Below are positions 27,189 to 36,877 of a DNA stretch of 64,000 bases, piece by piece (the stretch's first letter is position 1; each line of letters begins with the position of its first letter). Source of the DNA: Candidatus Multivoradales bacterium (GTDB lineage Bacteria > Acidobacteriota > Thermoanaerobaculia > Multivoradales > Multivoraceae); contig CBDCWI010000001.1 in the NCBI GenBank assembly GCA_965223325.1, positions 1,088,001-1,152,000 on the forward strand, read 5' to 3'. Made by a program: the position numbers and the translations under genes. The notes under the pieces were generated by a model that did not search any database, was not told the DNA's origin, and saw only the letters and a program-made list of their open reading frames with translations.

Positions 27189-28814
27189 ATGACCGGACTG
27201 TCCTACGTAATCGCTGAGATCTGGCTCTGCCTGCTGCTGGCCGCCGCCCTGGGCGCGCTCGCCGCCTGGCTCTGGAGTCGAAGTCGCGCCGCTCTCGACT
27301 TGAGAGACGCAGAAGAGCGCTGGGCGCTGCGTCTGGCGACGGCGGAAAACGAAACCCAGACTGCGCGGGCCGAGCTTTCCGAGGTCACCAACCAGAGGTC
27401 TGCCCTCGCCGCCTCGGTCGAGACCCTGGAGGGCGCGGTCGGCGATTGGGAAAGCCGCTTCTCAACCATAGACCGCGATCTGATCGCGGCCAGGTCGGAA
27501 CTCACCCGCGCGACGGCTCGGATCGGGACGCTCGAGTCCGAGCTCGGCGACGCAACGCGCCTCGGCGCTGAGCGGGCGACACGGATCGAAGCCCTCGAGA
27601 AAGAGCTCGCCGAGCGTCACGACGCCCTTTCACGGCTCGAGAAGCAGCTCGACGGAAAGTCCACCGACATCCGAGAGCTGGAGCAGCAGCTGGCTAGCGC
27701 ACGATCCGGGGTGAACGAGCGCGATGCGCGCCTGCAAGAGCTCGAGCGTGACCTCGCTGCGGCCCGCGGCGATGCCGACGAACGCGCCGCACTCATTGGG
27801 TCGCTCGAGGGGCGACTGTCGCGAGCCAGCGAGCTCGAGCACGAAGCGGCAGCGCTCAGAATCGACCTCGACAACGAGAGCCAGCGGGCCAGCGGCCTGG
27901 CGACACAACTGGCAGCGGCAACGGCAGCCGGGGAAAAGGTGTCGGAACTGGAGCAGAAAGTCAGGAGCCTCGGCGGGATCAGTGAACGCGCGATGCAGCT
28001 CGAAGAGCAGGTCAACCGGCTGCGCCCCTTCGAAACCCGAGCCTCAGAGCTCGAGACCGAGCTCGCTATCCTCGGCGCTCTGCCCGAAAAACTCCGCGCA
28101 GCCGAAGAGAACAACCAGAGGCTTCAGAGTCGGGCCGTACGTGCCGACCAGTTCGAGAGCCAGGTCACACAACTGAACGCCCGCGTAGCCGCCCTCCAAC
28201 CGTACGAGCGCCGAGTCCGGGAACTCGAAGAACGCCTCGAGGACGCCGCGGTCATTCGCGAGCGCGCGGCCCGCCTCGAACACGAGGTGAGCCGGCTAGA
28301 AGCCGCAGTGCGCGTCTCCGGTTCGCAGGTTGATCTGGGCCCCGAGCTCGAAAGAGAACGCAACCAGCATCGCCGGGTCCGCGCCAGGCTCCACGAACAG
28401 GGCGCTACGATCAAGCGCCTCGAAGCGCTGCTCAAGCGCCACCGCGCACGGTTGCGCGAAGCGGAGAACCGGGCGCGCAGAATGCCGGTTGCCACGCCGC
28501 TCGAGAAAGAGGTCGCCGAACCGCTGCGCAAGAAGAAGGTCATCGCGAAAAGGAAGGTCAAGAAGAGAGCCGCAAGAACGGCCACTCGCGATGACCTGAA
28601 GAAGATCCACGGAATCGGCCCGGCTCTCGAGCGGCTCCTCAACAAACACGGAGTGACCCACTTCCGGCACATCGCTCGCTGGGAAGCGAAGGACGTCAAG
28701 AAGTTCAGCGCCCTTCTCGAGGAGAAGGGCTGGTTCCCTGGCCGTATCACCCGCGACCGCTGGAAGGTCGGCGCCAGGAAAGAGCACCGCCTCAAGTACG
28801 ACGAGAAGCTCTGA
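27189..28814 (+). CDS. Membrane-anchored long coiled-coil protein with C-terminal HhH-like domain (ArfC-like N-terminus)
   Basis: YVIAEIWLCLLLAAALG TM; long heptad-rich E/R/L region; DDLKKIHGIGP...GRITRDRW tail. Confidence 0.8.
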   Translation: MTGLSYVIAEIWLCLLLAAALGALAAWLWSRSRAALDLRDAEERWALRLATAENETQTARAELSEVTNQRSALAASVETLEGAVGDWESRFSTIDRDLIAARSELTRATARIGTLESELGDATRLGAERATRIEALEKELAERHDALSRLEKQLDGKSTDIRELEQQLASARSGVNERDARLQELERDLAAARGDADERAALIGSLEGRLSRASELEHEAAALRIDLDNESQRASGLATQLAAATAAGEKVSELEQKVRSLGGISERAMQLEEQVNRLRPFETRASELETELAILGALPEKLRAAEENNQRLQSRAVRADQFESQVTQLNARVAALQPYERRVRELEERLEDAAVIRERAARLEHEVSRLEAAVRVSGSQVDLGPELERERNQHRRVRARLHEQGATIKRLEALLKRHRARLREAENRARRMPVATPLEKEVAEPLRKKKVIAKRKVKKRAARTATRDDLKKIHGIGPALERLLNKHGVTHFRHIARWEAKDVKKFSALLEEKGWFPGRITRDRWKVGARKEHRLKYDEKL

Positions 28815-28906
28815 CCGGAAGGCGGAACGAGGTCCTCGACATCTAGCCCGGGTGTTCTAGAACCAGAGCAGCAGCTGACAGCGGGTTAAAGATAGTCTCG
28901 GCGGCC

Positions 28907-30235
28907 ATGCGAACCGCCTGGCTTCATCCCGATCGACCCTTCGCGCCGTCGCGCCTGCCGTTTTTCTACGGCTGGCCGATCGTCGTGCTTTCGACTGTCG
29001 CGGTCGCGTTCTCGATCCCCGGGCAGACGATGGGGGTCTCGGTGTTCACCGATTCCCTGCTCGAGGCGACGGGGTTGACGCGGCTCCAGTTCTCGACCGC
29101 TTATCTGGTGGGCACTCTGACCAGCGGCTTCCTCCTGCCCTTCGGCGGGCGACTGCTCGATCGCTACGGCTCGCGGCTCATCGGCGCGGGTGCCGCGCTG
29201 TTGCTCGCTTCGACCCTGGTTTCACTCAGCTTCCTGGGAGAGAAGACGCCGACCGTCGGCCCCGGTGGAACACAGCTAGCCCAGGTCTTCGCCATCATGG
29301 CCTTCGGTTTCGCGGTCTTGCGCTGGAGCGGTCAGGGCATGTTGACGCTCACCGGTCGCACCACGATGGCGCGCTGGTTCGATCGCCGGCGCGGCGTCGT
29401 CGCGGCGTTCTCCGGTGCTTTCGTGAGTTTCACTTTCTCGCTCGCGCCAACGTTTCTGCTTGCCTGGATTACCGCGTCTGGGTGGCGCAGCGCTTGGCGC
29501 GAGATGGCCGTCGCCCTGACCGGACTCGCCGTCCTGGCGGTCCTCTTCTTTCGTGACACGCCCGAAGAGTGTGGCCTCGAGCTCGACGGCAAAGAGCCAC
29601 CGCGGGAGACTGACGCCCCTTCCAACGCCGCCAAAGAGAGCGCTGCGGCGCACGATGCCACTCGTTCGGAGGCGCTGGCCACGCGCGCCTTCTGGGTTTT
29701 TACCCTGGTGATCGCGGCGCATTCCATGATGGGAACCGCGCTCACCTTTCACATTGTCGACATCGGCGCCGAGAACGGAATCAGCGAAGCGGCCGCCGTC
29801 CGGATCTTCATCCCCATTTCGATCATTGCGGTCAGCTTGAGTTTCCTGATCGGCTGGCTGGTCGACCGGATGCCGCTGATGCGCCTGGTGCGCGCGATGG
29901 CGCTTTGCGAGCTGGTGATGTTCTGGGTGGCGGCGCACCTCGGAGATCCCTTCCTCTATTGGGTCGCGGTGCTCGCCTGGGGCGCCGTGGGTGGTTTCTA
30001 CGGGCCGCTCACCGTTGCCGCCCTGCCGCGCCTCTTCGGACGCACGCACCTGGGCGCCATCGCTGGTGCAATGACCATGGTGCTGGTGCTAGCGAGCGCC
30101 CTCGGTCCGGCCTACCTGGCCTGGTTTCACGACACCACCGGCTCCTACCGGGTCGGTCTACACGTCAGCGCGGCCATCCCGCTCGTTCTGCTGATCGCCA
30201 GCATGTTCGTACGTCGCCAGGGCCGGCCGCGTTAG
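28907..30235 (+). CDS. MFS transporter
   Basis: [30 protein letters not shown]; about 12 TMs. Confidence 0.92.
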   Translation: MRTAWLHPDRPFAPSRLPFFYGWPIVVLSTVAVAFSIPGQTMGVSVFTDSLLEATGLTRLQFSTAYLVGTLTSGFLLPFGGRLLDRYGSRLIGAGAALLLASTLVSLSFLGEKTPTVGPGGTQLAQVFAIMAFGFAVLRWSGQGMLTLTGRTTMARWFDRRRGVVAAFSGAFVSFTFSLAPTFLLAWITASGWRSAWREMAVALTGLAVLAVLFFRDTPEECGLELDGKEPPRETDAPSNAAKESAAAHDATRSEALATRAFWVFTLVIAAHSMMGTALTFHIVDIGAENGISEAAAVRIFIPISIIAVSLSFLIGWLVDRMPLMRLVRAMALCELVMFWVAAHLGDPFLYWVAVLAWGAVGGFYGPLTVAALPRLFGRTHLGAIAGAMTMVLVLASALGPAYLAWFHDTTGSYRVGLHVSAAIPLVLLIASMFVRRQGRPR

Positions 30236-33200
30236 CGGCCGCGCCGCACCGCCAGTCAGAGGAGTCGAGCCCAGGAGGTCGTCGAGCTCGCACGCGAAGG
30301 CCTCGAGTTGGGCGATCGAAATCGCCAACGGGGGCTTGATCTTGATCACGTTGTGGAGTGGACCGTCGGTGCTGGCGAGGAAACCACGCTCGCGGAGGCG
30401 GTTGACCAGCCAGCGCGCTTCGGCGGCAGCAGGCTCCTTTGTCTCCCGGTCACACACGAGCTCGAACCCCAGGAAGAGTCCGCGGCCGCGCACATCGCCA
30501 ACGAGCGGGTGATGTTCCTGCATCTCCCGGAGTGCCGCGGTCAAGACTTCGCCCGCCTGAGCTGCGTGCGCCTGCAGGCCCTCGCTTTCGATCACCTCGA
30601 GCACTGCAAGCCCGACCGCGCACGACACCGGGTTGCCACCGAAGGTGTTGAAGTACTCCATGCCGTTGTTGAACTCTGCGGCGATCGCGCGGGTGGTCAC
30701 GACTCCCGCGAGCGGGTGCCCGTTGCCCATTGGCTTACCCAGGGTCACGATGTCGGGCACCACGCCATCTCCTTCGAAGGCCCAGAACGTCTCGCCAACC
30801 CGACCGAAACCGACCTGCACCTCGTCGGCAATGCACAGACCGCCGGCGCGCCGCACATGTTCGTAGGAACGCGCCAGCCAGCCAGCGGGCGGTGTGATCT
30901 GGCCGCCACACGAAAGGATCGGCTCGGCAATGAACGCCGCCAGGCCACCCCGTTGGTTGGCGAACGCTTCGGTCGCCTCGCGAACAGACTCGGCGTAGTG
31001 CGCCGCCGCGTCAGGCTCGTCATAGCCAAAAGCGCCGCGGTAGCGGCAGGGAAGCAGAGCGGTGCGCACCGTAGGCGGAGCGCCAGAACCGCCCGGGCCG
31101 TCGTGCTTGTACGGCGACACATCGATCAGAGAACTCAGGTTGCCGTGGTAGGCACCGTCGACACAAACGACGCCCCCGGGGTGCGCTTCTTCGTTGCGCC
31201 GCCTGCTGACCACCGTATGCGCGATCCGCAGCGCGAGGTCATTGGCCTCACTGCCGGAGTTGACCAGGAAGCAGACGTCGAGTGGTTCGGGAAACTTCGC
31301 CAGCAGGCGTTCGAGGTATTCGAGACGCAACGGGTGGAGGTAACGACTGTTGGTGTTGAGGACGACCGCCTGCTCCGCCATCGCCCGCACTACGCGCGGG
31401 TGACTGTGACCGACGTGGCAGACGTTGTTGACCAGGTCGATGAAGGCCTGCCCTGCCCCATCGTAGAGAACCGCTCCACGCCCACGCTCGATCACCAGCG
31501 GCTCATCGTAGGACAGGCTCAGGTTCGGCGGGACGTGCGCGGCACGACGGGCAAGGAGGTCTGGCCGGCTCGCCGGTTGCCGCTTTGCCAGGCGCCGAGC
31601 GCGCACATCGAAACCGAGAAGCGGTGACGGATCAGGAGAAAGGCTCGACCACACTGCCAGCGCGTCCGGCACTGCTACACCAAGGTAGTTGCCGCTGTGG
31701 TCGAGCGCATCGGTGATGCACTGCAGGTGGAGGTGTGGCGGCCAACCACCGTTCTCTTCCAATGCGCCGAGTCGCGCGAAGGCTTCGCGGCACTCGACCC
31801 GCTGCCCGACCGCAAGCTCGGCGATCGACTCGCGGCTGAGGTGGCCGTACAGAGTGCGCAAGTGTCGACCGCCGACTTCGATGTCATGGCGCATGATCAC
31901 CGTCGGGCCGTAGTCGAGCGGCAGGTCGTTGTCAGTAACGCTCTCGATGACCCCGGCGAGCGGCGCACGAACCGGCGTGCCCGCCGCAGCAAAAAGGTCA
32001 ACGCCCATGTGCATCGAGCGCCAACCGTTGGCGGTTTCGAAATGCGCACTGCGGTAGAGGGCACGCACCTCGCCCCACGCACCCACACCTACCCGGCCAG
32101 CGAGGAAAGCGTCGATGTCGCGTGCCAGACCGGCCGCGTCCTCAGATTGTGCGGCCAGTGGGCTGCCCACGGAGAGGTCGACGCGTGGCAGCTCGGTCGG
32201 GGCTTCTGTCTCGTTCGATGAGGCCGCGCTCGGCTCTGGCATGCCGGGCAACACAGCGGCACGCGGAACGCTCGCCAGCGCCTCGATCATCGCCGCACTG
32301 CCGGGCACCGGCTCGAAGCCGCACGCGGCTCGTAGCGTCGCGCTCGCAAGGCCGCCAGGCACCAGAGCCAGGGCCTCGAGAGCCTTCCAGGCGCCGGCTT
32401 CTGAAACCGAAAGATAAGGGTCGAGTGCCGCATCCACCGACGCGCTCTCCTCCCGACGTCGAGCCGCCGAGATCGACACCGAAACCGCAAGCCGCGCTCG
32501 TATCAGGTCGAAGAGCACCTCGACTTCGGCCTCGGCGAGCGGTCGCGCGAGGTTGTACCCGCGGGTGACTGAGGCCGCAACCGCCAGCGGGTCGCCCTGT
32601 TCGAGCACGGCGTAGGCAATCGCAACAGCCAGGTCGACGACGGTGGCGGCCTCGCTCATGTCACCCCAGTCGAGCAGCGCGACGGGCCGCGGCGAGGCGA
32701 GTCGCGGTGTAGTGCAGAGAACGTTCCAGTCGTTGGCGTCGTGGTGGACGAGACTGCGCGGCAGCTCAGGGAGCCGTGGCGCGATCTCGTCGAATCGTTC
32801 GCTGATCTCGGCCACCAGCGCTCGACGTTCGAGGTCCTCGATCGCAGCGAGCCGTGTCGCGATGACGCCACCGGCGTTCTCGAGATGCCAGCGACCGTCA
32901 TCACCCGACGCATCGAAGAGTGGGCGGTCACCGGGAGCGAGGGGGAAGACAGCGAGTGCATGGTCGACTTCGCCCACCATCCGGCCCAAGCCTTCGAGCA
33001 GCCCGGGATCACGCGGCCTGAGGCGGGCCAGCATCTCTCCCTCGAGGTAGGAAAGGAGGCGCGCTGGATAGGTCCCGCGAGGCGTAAGGGCGGTCGTCAC
33101 GGTGATGCCTGCGCCGGCGCCCCTCGCTGCGATGGGCGGCCGCGGCGTCGCGATGTGCACCGACGTCCGCTTTGCGACGTGCGCCATGACGCGGTGTTCG

Positions 33201-33427
33201 AACTCGAGCCGCTCCCTCGAAACGCCAGACGGCGAGACCTTGAGTACACCGTCAAAACCGTCGCAGCGCGCCCGAAAGTTGCGGTCGCGCTCGCCGTCGA
33301 GCGGCGTGACTTCGGCTTCGAGACTCCAACGAACGCGCAGGATATCCCTGGCCTCTGCGGCTGAAATCTCCGGTCGCAGGCCGGCTGGATCTTCTGAAGA
33401 GCTTTCTTGTTGAGGGTCCTGGCTCAT
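30158..33427 (-). CDS. Fusion of APH/hydroxylysine-kinase-like, M23-like and class-III aminotransferase (phospho-lyase-like) domains
   Basis: HHDANDWN and LLDWGD (kinase); HMGVDL, LYGHLS, PPHLH (M23); [27 protein letters not shown] (PLP). Confidence 0.92.
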   Translation of the reverse strand: MSQDPQQESSSEDPAGLRPEISAAEARDILRVRWSLEAEVTPLDGERDRNFRARCDGFDGVLKVSPSGVSRERLEFEHRVMAHVAKRTSVHIATPRPPIAARGAGAGITVTTALTPRGTYPARLLSYLEGEMLARLRPRDPGLLEGLGRMVGEVDHALAVFPLAPGDRPLFDASGDDGRWHLENAGGVIATRLAAIEDLERRALVAEISERFDEIAPRLPELPRSLVHHDANDWNVLCTTPRLASPRPVALLDWGDMSEAATVVDLAVAIAYAVLEQGDPLAVAASVTRGYNLARPLAEAEVEVLFDLIRARLAVSVSISAARRREESASVDAALDPYLSVSEAGAWKALEALALVPGGLASATLRAACGFEPVPGSAAMIEALASVPRAAVLPGMPEPSAASSNETEAPTELPRVDLSVGSPLAAQSEDAAGLARDIDAFLAGRVGVGAWGEVRALYRSAHFETANGWRSMHMGVDLFAAAGTPVRAPLAGVIESVTDNDLPLDYGPTVIMRHDIEVGGRHLRTLYGHLSRESIAELAVGQRVECREAFARLGALEENGGWPPHLHLQCITDALDHSGNYLGVAVPDALAVWSSLSPDPSPLLGFDVRARRLAKRQPASRPDLLARRAAHVPPNLSLSYDEPLVIERGRGAVLYDGAGQAFIDLVNNVCHVGHSHPRVVRAMAEQAVVLNTNSRYLHPLRLEYLERLLAKFPEPLDVCFLVNSGSEANDLALRIAHTVVSRRRNEEAHPGGVVCVDGAYHGNLSSLIDVSPYKHDGPGGSGAPPTVRTALLPCRYRGAFGYDEPDAAAHYAESVREATEAFANQRGGLAAFIAEPILSCGGQITPPAGWLARSYEHVRRAGGLCIADEVQVGFGRVGETFWAFEGDGVVPDIVTLGKPMGNGHPLAGVVTTRAIAAEFNNGMEYFNTFGGNPVSCAVGLAVLEVIESEGLQAHAAQAGEVLTAALREMQEHHPLVGDVRGRGLFLGFELVCDRETKEPAAAEARWLVNRLRERGFLASTDGPLHNVIKIKPPLAISIAQLEAFACELDDLLGSTPLTGGAARPLTRPALATYEHAGDQQNERDGRADV

Positions 33428-33435
33428 GGCCAGAC

Positions 33436-33445
33436 AGTGTAGTGT
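33436..33445. promoter_or_regulatory. Overlapping divergent -10 boxes (TAGTGT on +, TACACT on -)
   Basis: Within a 25-nt intergenic gap, 7 and 8 nt from the two ATGs; no SD sequence. Confidence 0.55.
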
Positions 33446-33452
33446 GACCGCT

Positions 33453-34019
33453 ATGAATGCACACCCCAGGCGTGACATCGAAACGAGCGACGTCGCCCAC
33501 ACCCTGGCACCGGTCTTCGCACTCGACGAGCAGGCACGAAAGGTGCGCATGGGCACTCTGTGGGAAGACCAGCCGGCGGTTCTGTTCTTCATCCGCTACT
33601 TCGGCTGAATCTTCTGCGAACCCCAAGTCGCGCAGTTGTGCGACAGGCTCTCTGAGTTCCAGAAGACGGGAACTCGCCCGGTGTTGATCGGCAACGGCAC
33701 CCCCGACGACGCGCGTGCCTACCGCACCGCCCTCGACGCCGACGTCGAAGTCTTTGTCGACCCCGAGCTCGTGGGCTACTCGGCGCTCGAACTGCGGCGC
33801 TCGCTGCTGGCGAACATGCGTCCCTCGACGGCCGGCGCCGGCCTGCGCGCCTTCTTCAAGGGCTACCGCGGTCGCAGAATGAGCGGCGACCCTCTCCAGC
33901 TGGGCGGCGTTTTCGTCATCGATACCGACAGCCGGGTGGTCTGGTCGTACCGCAGCAAGCGCCCGCAGGACTTTCCGCCGATCGAGGAGGTCCTCGCCGC
34001 CGCTCGGTCGGCCTGTTGA
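33453..34019 (+). CDS. AhpC/TSA-like (PRXL2/SelU-type) selenoprotein with UxxC motif
   Basis: Two in-frame ORFs joined at TGA 33606-33608: FIRYFG-U-IFC; downstream VLIGNG, VDP, QLGGVFVI family motifs. Confidence 0.85.
33627..33644 (+). promoter_or_regulatory. Candidate bacterial SECIS hairpin
   Basis: GTCGCGCAGTTGTGCGAC, self-complementary with a G in the apical loop, beginning 18 nt after the UGA. Confidence 0.65.
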
Positions 34020-34032
34020 GAGTGGCAAAGCC

Positions 34033-35700
34033 TCAGGGAACGTTGTGGTCCCACTCGGAGGTGTTGTGGGTCTCGAAGTGCGCTTCGAAGATCGGGGTAC
34101 GCGGATCGCCCTCACCGACGATGACGGTCACCGTGTCGTGGAGGGTGATCCAGATGTCTTTGTCCTCGAGCTTCTCGTCGTCGAGCGCTTCGATCTCGAG
34201 CACGTACTCACCCGCCTCTGTGAAGCTCACCTCGGTTGCACGGCTGGTGGGCGCACTCCAGACCACGTCGCCGGGACCGGAGATCTTCTTCCAGGTCACC
34301 GGCCAGGACGAATTCGATGTGCCATCGAACTCCGTCGACGCCACCAGGTTCGCCGAAGCGCCCTCGGCAATCTGCTGCGCAGCACCCGCGTCGATGGCGT
34401 AGCCGGTGGTTGGCACAACCCACGAAACCGGCGTCCCTGGCATGTGCCGCCTGAAGAACGGGTAACGATCCTGGAAGAACTCGGGCCACGGGTGGGAATG
34501 CCCGAGTTCGCGCGCATGCACCAGGATGCGCTCGCCGCGTAAGCGGTTGAACAGCGAAAAAGTCGTCGCCGGCGGGCAAATGTCGTCTTCGTACGAAATG
34601 ACGTGATACGACGGGCCGTCGAAGCGTTTGGCGAAGTTGATCGCATCGTAGTAGCGCGCGGCAGAGACGACAGTTGGTACATCGAGTGATTCTTGGCGCG
34701 CCTTGTGGACGTACCAGGGGAAGCCACTCGAGTGCTCGTTGTGGGCCAGACCGGCGTTCTCGGCGAGAGCGGGGTTCGAGATCGCCATGGCCTCGACACG
34801 ATCATCGAGCCCCGCCACGATCGTTGACAAGCCGCCACCTTGACTCTCGCCGGTGACGCTCAGGTGACCGTTCCACGCATCGAGAGTCTCGATGTAGTCG
34901 ATGGCACGCACGGCGGCCAGGATCGCCCAGCGGTAGTAGTAGCCGTTGGGGTCGGTCACGTCGTTGGGCTCGTAGGGATTGCCGCCGTTGGGGTTGCCGT
35001 TGTGAATCGTGATGTCGACGACGATCGCCCCGGTGCGCCTGGCCATGTCGGCCTGTTCGCCCGCTTCGCCCGACGAGCCGTAGGCCGGGAGTTTGAGAAT
35101 GGCGGGAAAAGGCCCCGGCCCGGTCTTCGGCTGCGTCACGTGGCCGTAGACTCGGCGTTCGCTCTCGCCGCCACCCGCCGCGACGGTGAGCGCATTGAAC
35201 GACCAGTGGTCGACATCGGGGTCTCCGGTGTCAGCCTCTCCTAAAGCGACGCCCAGGTCTGCCGGGAGACTGGCGACCTGCGCTGCCCAGAAGGCATCGA
35301 AGTCGGCCGGCTCATCTTCGAACGGCTCGATCGCGCGCACCGAGAAGGTCGCCGCCGCGCGCACGGTCTGCCCATTGAGAGCGACTTCGGCTACCACCAC
35401 CCCGGGCTCGGCGGCCGTGAAGGAAACCATCGCCGGTGTGCCACCCGTCACCTCGGTCACACCGCTCGCCAGCTGGGTCTGGGAACGCACATCCCAGCGA
35501 ATCGTCCAGGTCGCCGACCCGGAGGATGCCGAATCGATGACGAAGTTCATTGCCTCCCCGACCTCGTAGTGCGGAATCGCTCTGTCGGCCGCAAAGTCGA
35601 CCTGTGCGACCGCCGGCAATGCGGAAGCGGCAAGGAGCAGGAGCGCGAGAACGCAGCGACGGACGAAGCAACGCACGAAGGCTGGGTAGAGGCAGATCAT
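34033..35700 (-). CDS. Secreted acetylxylan esterase (CE7-like) with Ig/PKD-like domain
   Basis: Signal peptide (AVA-Q), EPADFDAFW, GESQGG, DDICPP, GHSH; DAG..WKKISGPG domain. Confidence 0.85.
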   Translation of the reverse strand: MICLYPAFVRCFVRRCVLALLLLAASALPAVAQVDFAADRAIPHYEVGEAMNFVIDSASSGSATWTIRWDVRSQTQLASGVTEVTGGTPAMVSFTAAEPGVVVAEVALNGQTVRAAATFSVRAIEPFEDEPADFDAFWAAQVASLPADLGVALGEADTGDPDVDHWSFNALTVAAGGGESERRVYGHVTQPKTGPGPFPAILKLPAYGSSGEAGEQADMARRTGAIVVDITIHNGNPNGGNPYEPNDVTDPNGYYYRWAILAAVRAIDYIETLDAWNGHLSVTGESQGGGLSTIVAGLDDRVEAMAISNPALAENAGLAHNEHSSGFPWYVHKARQESLDVPTVVSAARYYDAINFAKRFDGPSYHVISYEDDICPPATTFSLFNRLRGERILVHARELGHSHPWPEFFQDRYPFFRRHMPGTPVSWVVPTTGYAIDAGAAQQIAEGASANLVASTEFDGTSNSSWPVTWKKISGPGDVVWSAPTSRATEVSFTEAGEYVLEIEALDDEKLEDKDIWITLHDTVTVIVGEGDPRTPIFEAHFETHNTSEWDHNVP

Positions 35701-35757
35701 GAGTAGGGCTCAGGGCTCCAGAAGAAGCGATCCCTCTGGATGAGGCGAGGGATGGAT

Positions 35758-35789
35758 ATTATAGATACATACCAATCTTTGATTGTATC
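35758..35789 (-). promoter_or_regulatory. TATAAT -10 box plus dyad sequence over the -35 region of the esterase gene
   Basis: ATTATA on + at 35758-35763; CAATCtttGATTG and GATAC..GTATC symmetry in an AT-rich patch. Confidence 0.5.
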
Positions 35790-36057
35790 AGCCGCTACCC
35801 GTCGAAGAGATCCTCTCCCTGGGGGATCAGACAACCGAAAGGTCTCCTCTTGAGCCTGCCGCCTGAGGGGAAGACGCCGCCTTTTCTCAGAAGCTGAGGC
35901 TAGCAGCGCCTTGAGGCCTCTCGGAAGCGCCCGGAGACGATGGCTGTACGATGCGCCTCCGACACGAACCATGAGAATCTGATCGCGCCCCTCGCGTCTC
36001 GGTCACGGCTGCCCTAGCGATACCAAGGAATGCGGGGAAAGAAGGAGAAACACCCCG

Positions 36058-36828
36058 ATGAAGAATCTCTTTGATGTCTCCGGCAAGGTCGCCCTGGTCA
36101 CCGGCGGTTCGCGTGGAATCGGCCTGATGATCGCTGAGGGCTACGTCAAGAACGGCGTGCGGACCTACATCTCGTCGCGCAAGGGCGACGTGTGCGACGC
36201 CGTTGCCAAGGATCTCGGACAACACGGCGAATGCATCTCGTTGCCGGCCGACTTGTCGACGGTCGAAGCCTGCGCCGAAGTCGCCGAAGAACTCGGAAGG
36301 CGCGAGCAACAACTCGACATCCTGGTCAATAACGCCGGCGCCACCTGGGGGGCGCCGATCGATGACTTCCCCGAGAAGGGCTGGGACAAGGTCGTCGACC
36401 TCAACCTCAAGTCGCCCTTCTTTCTCACTCAGCAGCTGCTGCCGCTTCTGCGCGCGCGCGGCGACGCCGAAGACCCGGCGCGGGTCATCAACATCGCCTC
36501 GATCGACGGGTTGCACAACAACTCGATCGAGACCTACTCCTATGCCGCAAGCAAGGCCGGCCTGATCCATCTGACGCGACACATGGCGCGCAACCTGGTC
36601 GGTGACCAGATCATCGTCAACTCGATCTGTCCGGGGCCGTTCGAGAGCAAGATGATGGAGTACACCCTCGACAACTTCGGCGAGCAGATCAAGGCCAGCA
36701 ACCCCAGGAAGCGCATTGGCACGCCTGAAGACATGGCCGGCGCGGCGATTTTTCTGGCGTCACGCGCCAGTGCCTACACCGTCGGCGAGTTCATCACCGT
36801 CGACGGTGGCATCGTCAACACTGGCTGA
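36058..36828 (+). CDS. Short-chain dehydrogenase/reductase
   Basis: TGGSRGIG, NNAG, YAASK; GAAGGAG RBS. Confidence 0.95.
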   Translation: MKNLFDVSGKVALVTGGSRGIGLMIAEGYVKNGVRTYISSRKGDVCDAVAKDLGQHGECISLPADLSTVEACAEVAEELGRREQQLDILVNNAGATWGAPIDDFPEKGWDKVVDLNLKSPFFLTQQLLPLLRARGDAEDPARVINIASIDGLHNNSIETYSYAASKAGLIHLTRHMARNLVGDQIIVNSICPGPFESKMMEYTLDNFGEQIKASNPRKRIGTPEDMAGAAIFLASRASAYTVGEFITVDGGIVNTG

Positions 36829-36877
36829 GGATCGCCCCGATCAACGGGCGACGCACCTCCTACTCGACCGACTCGAC

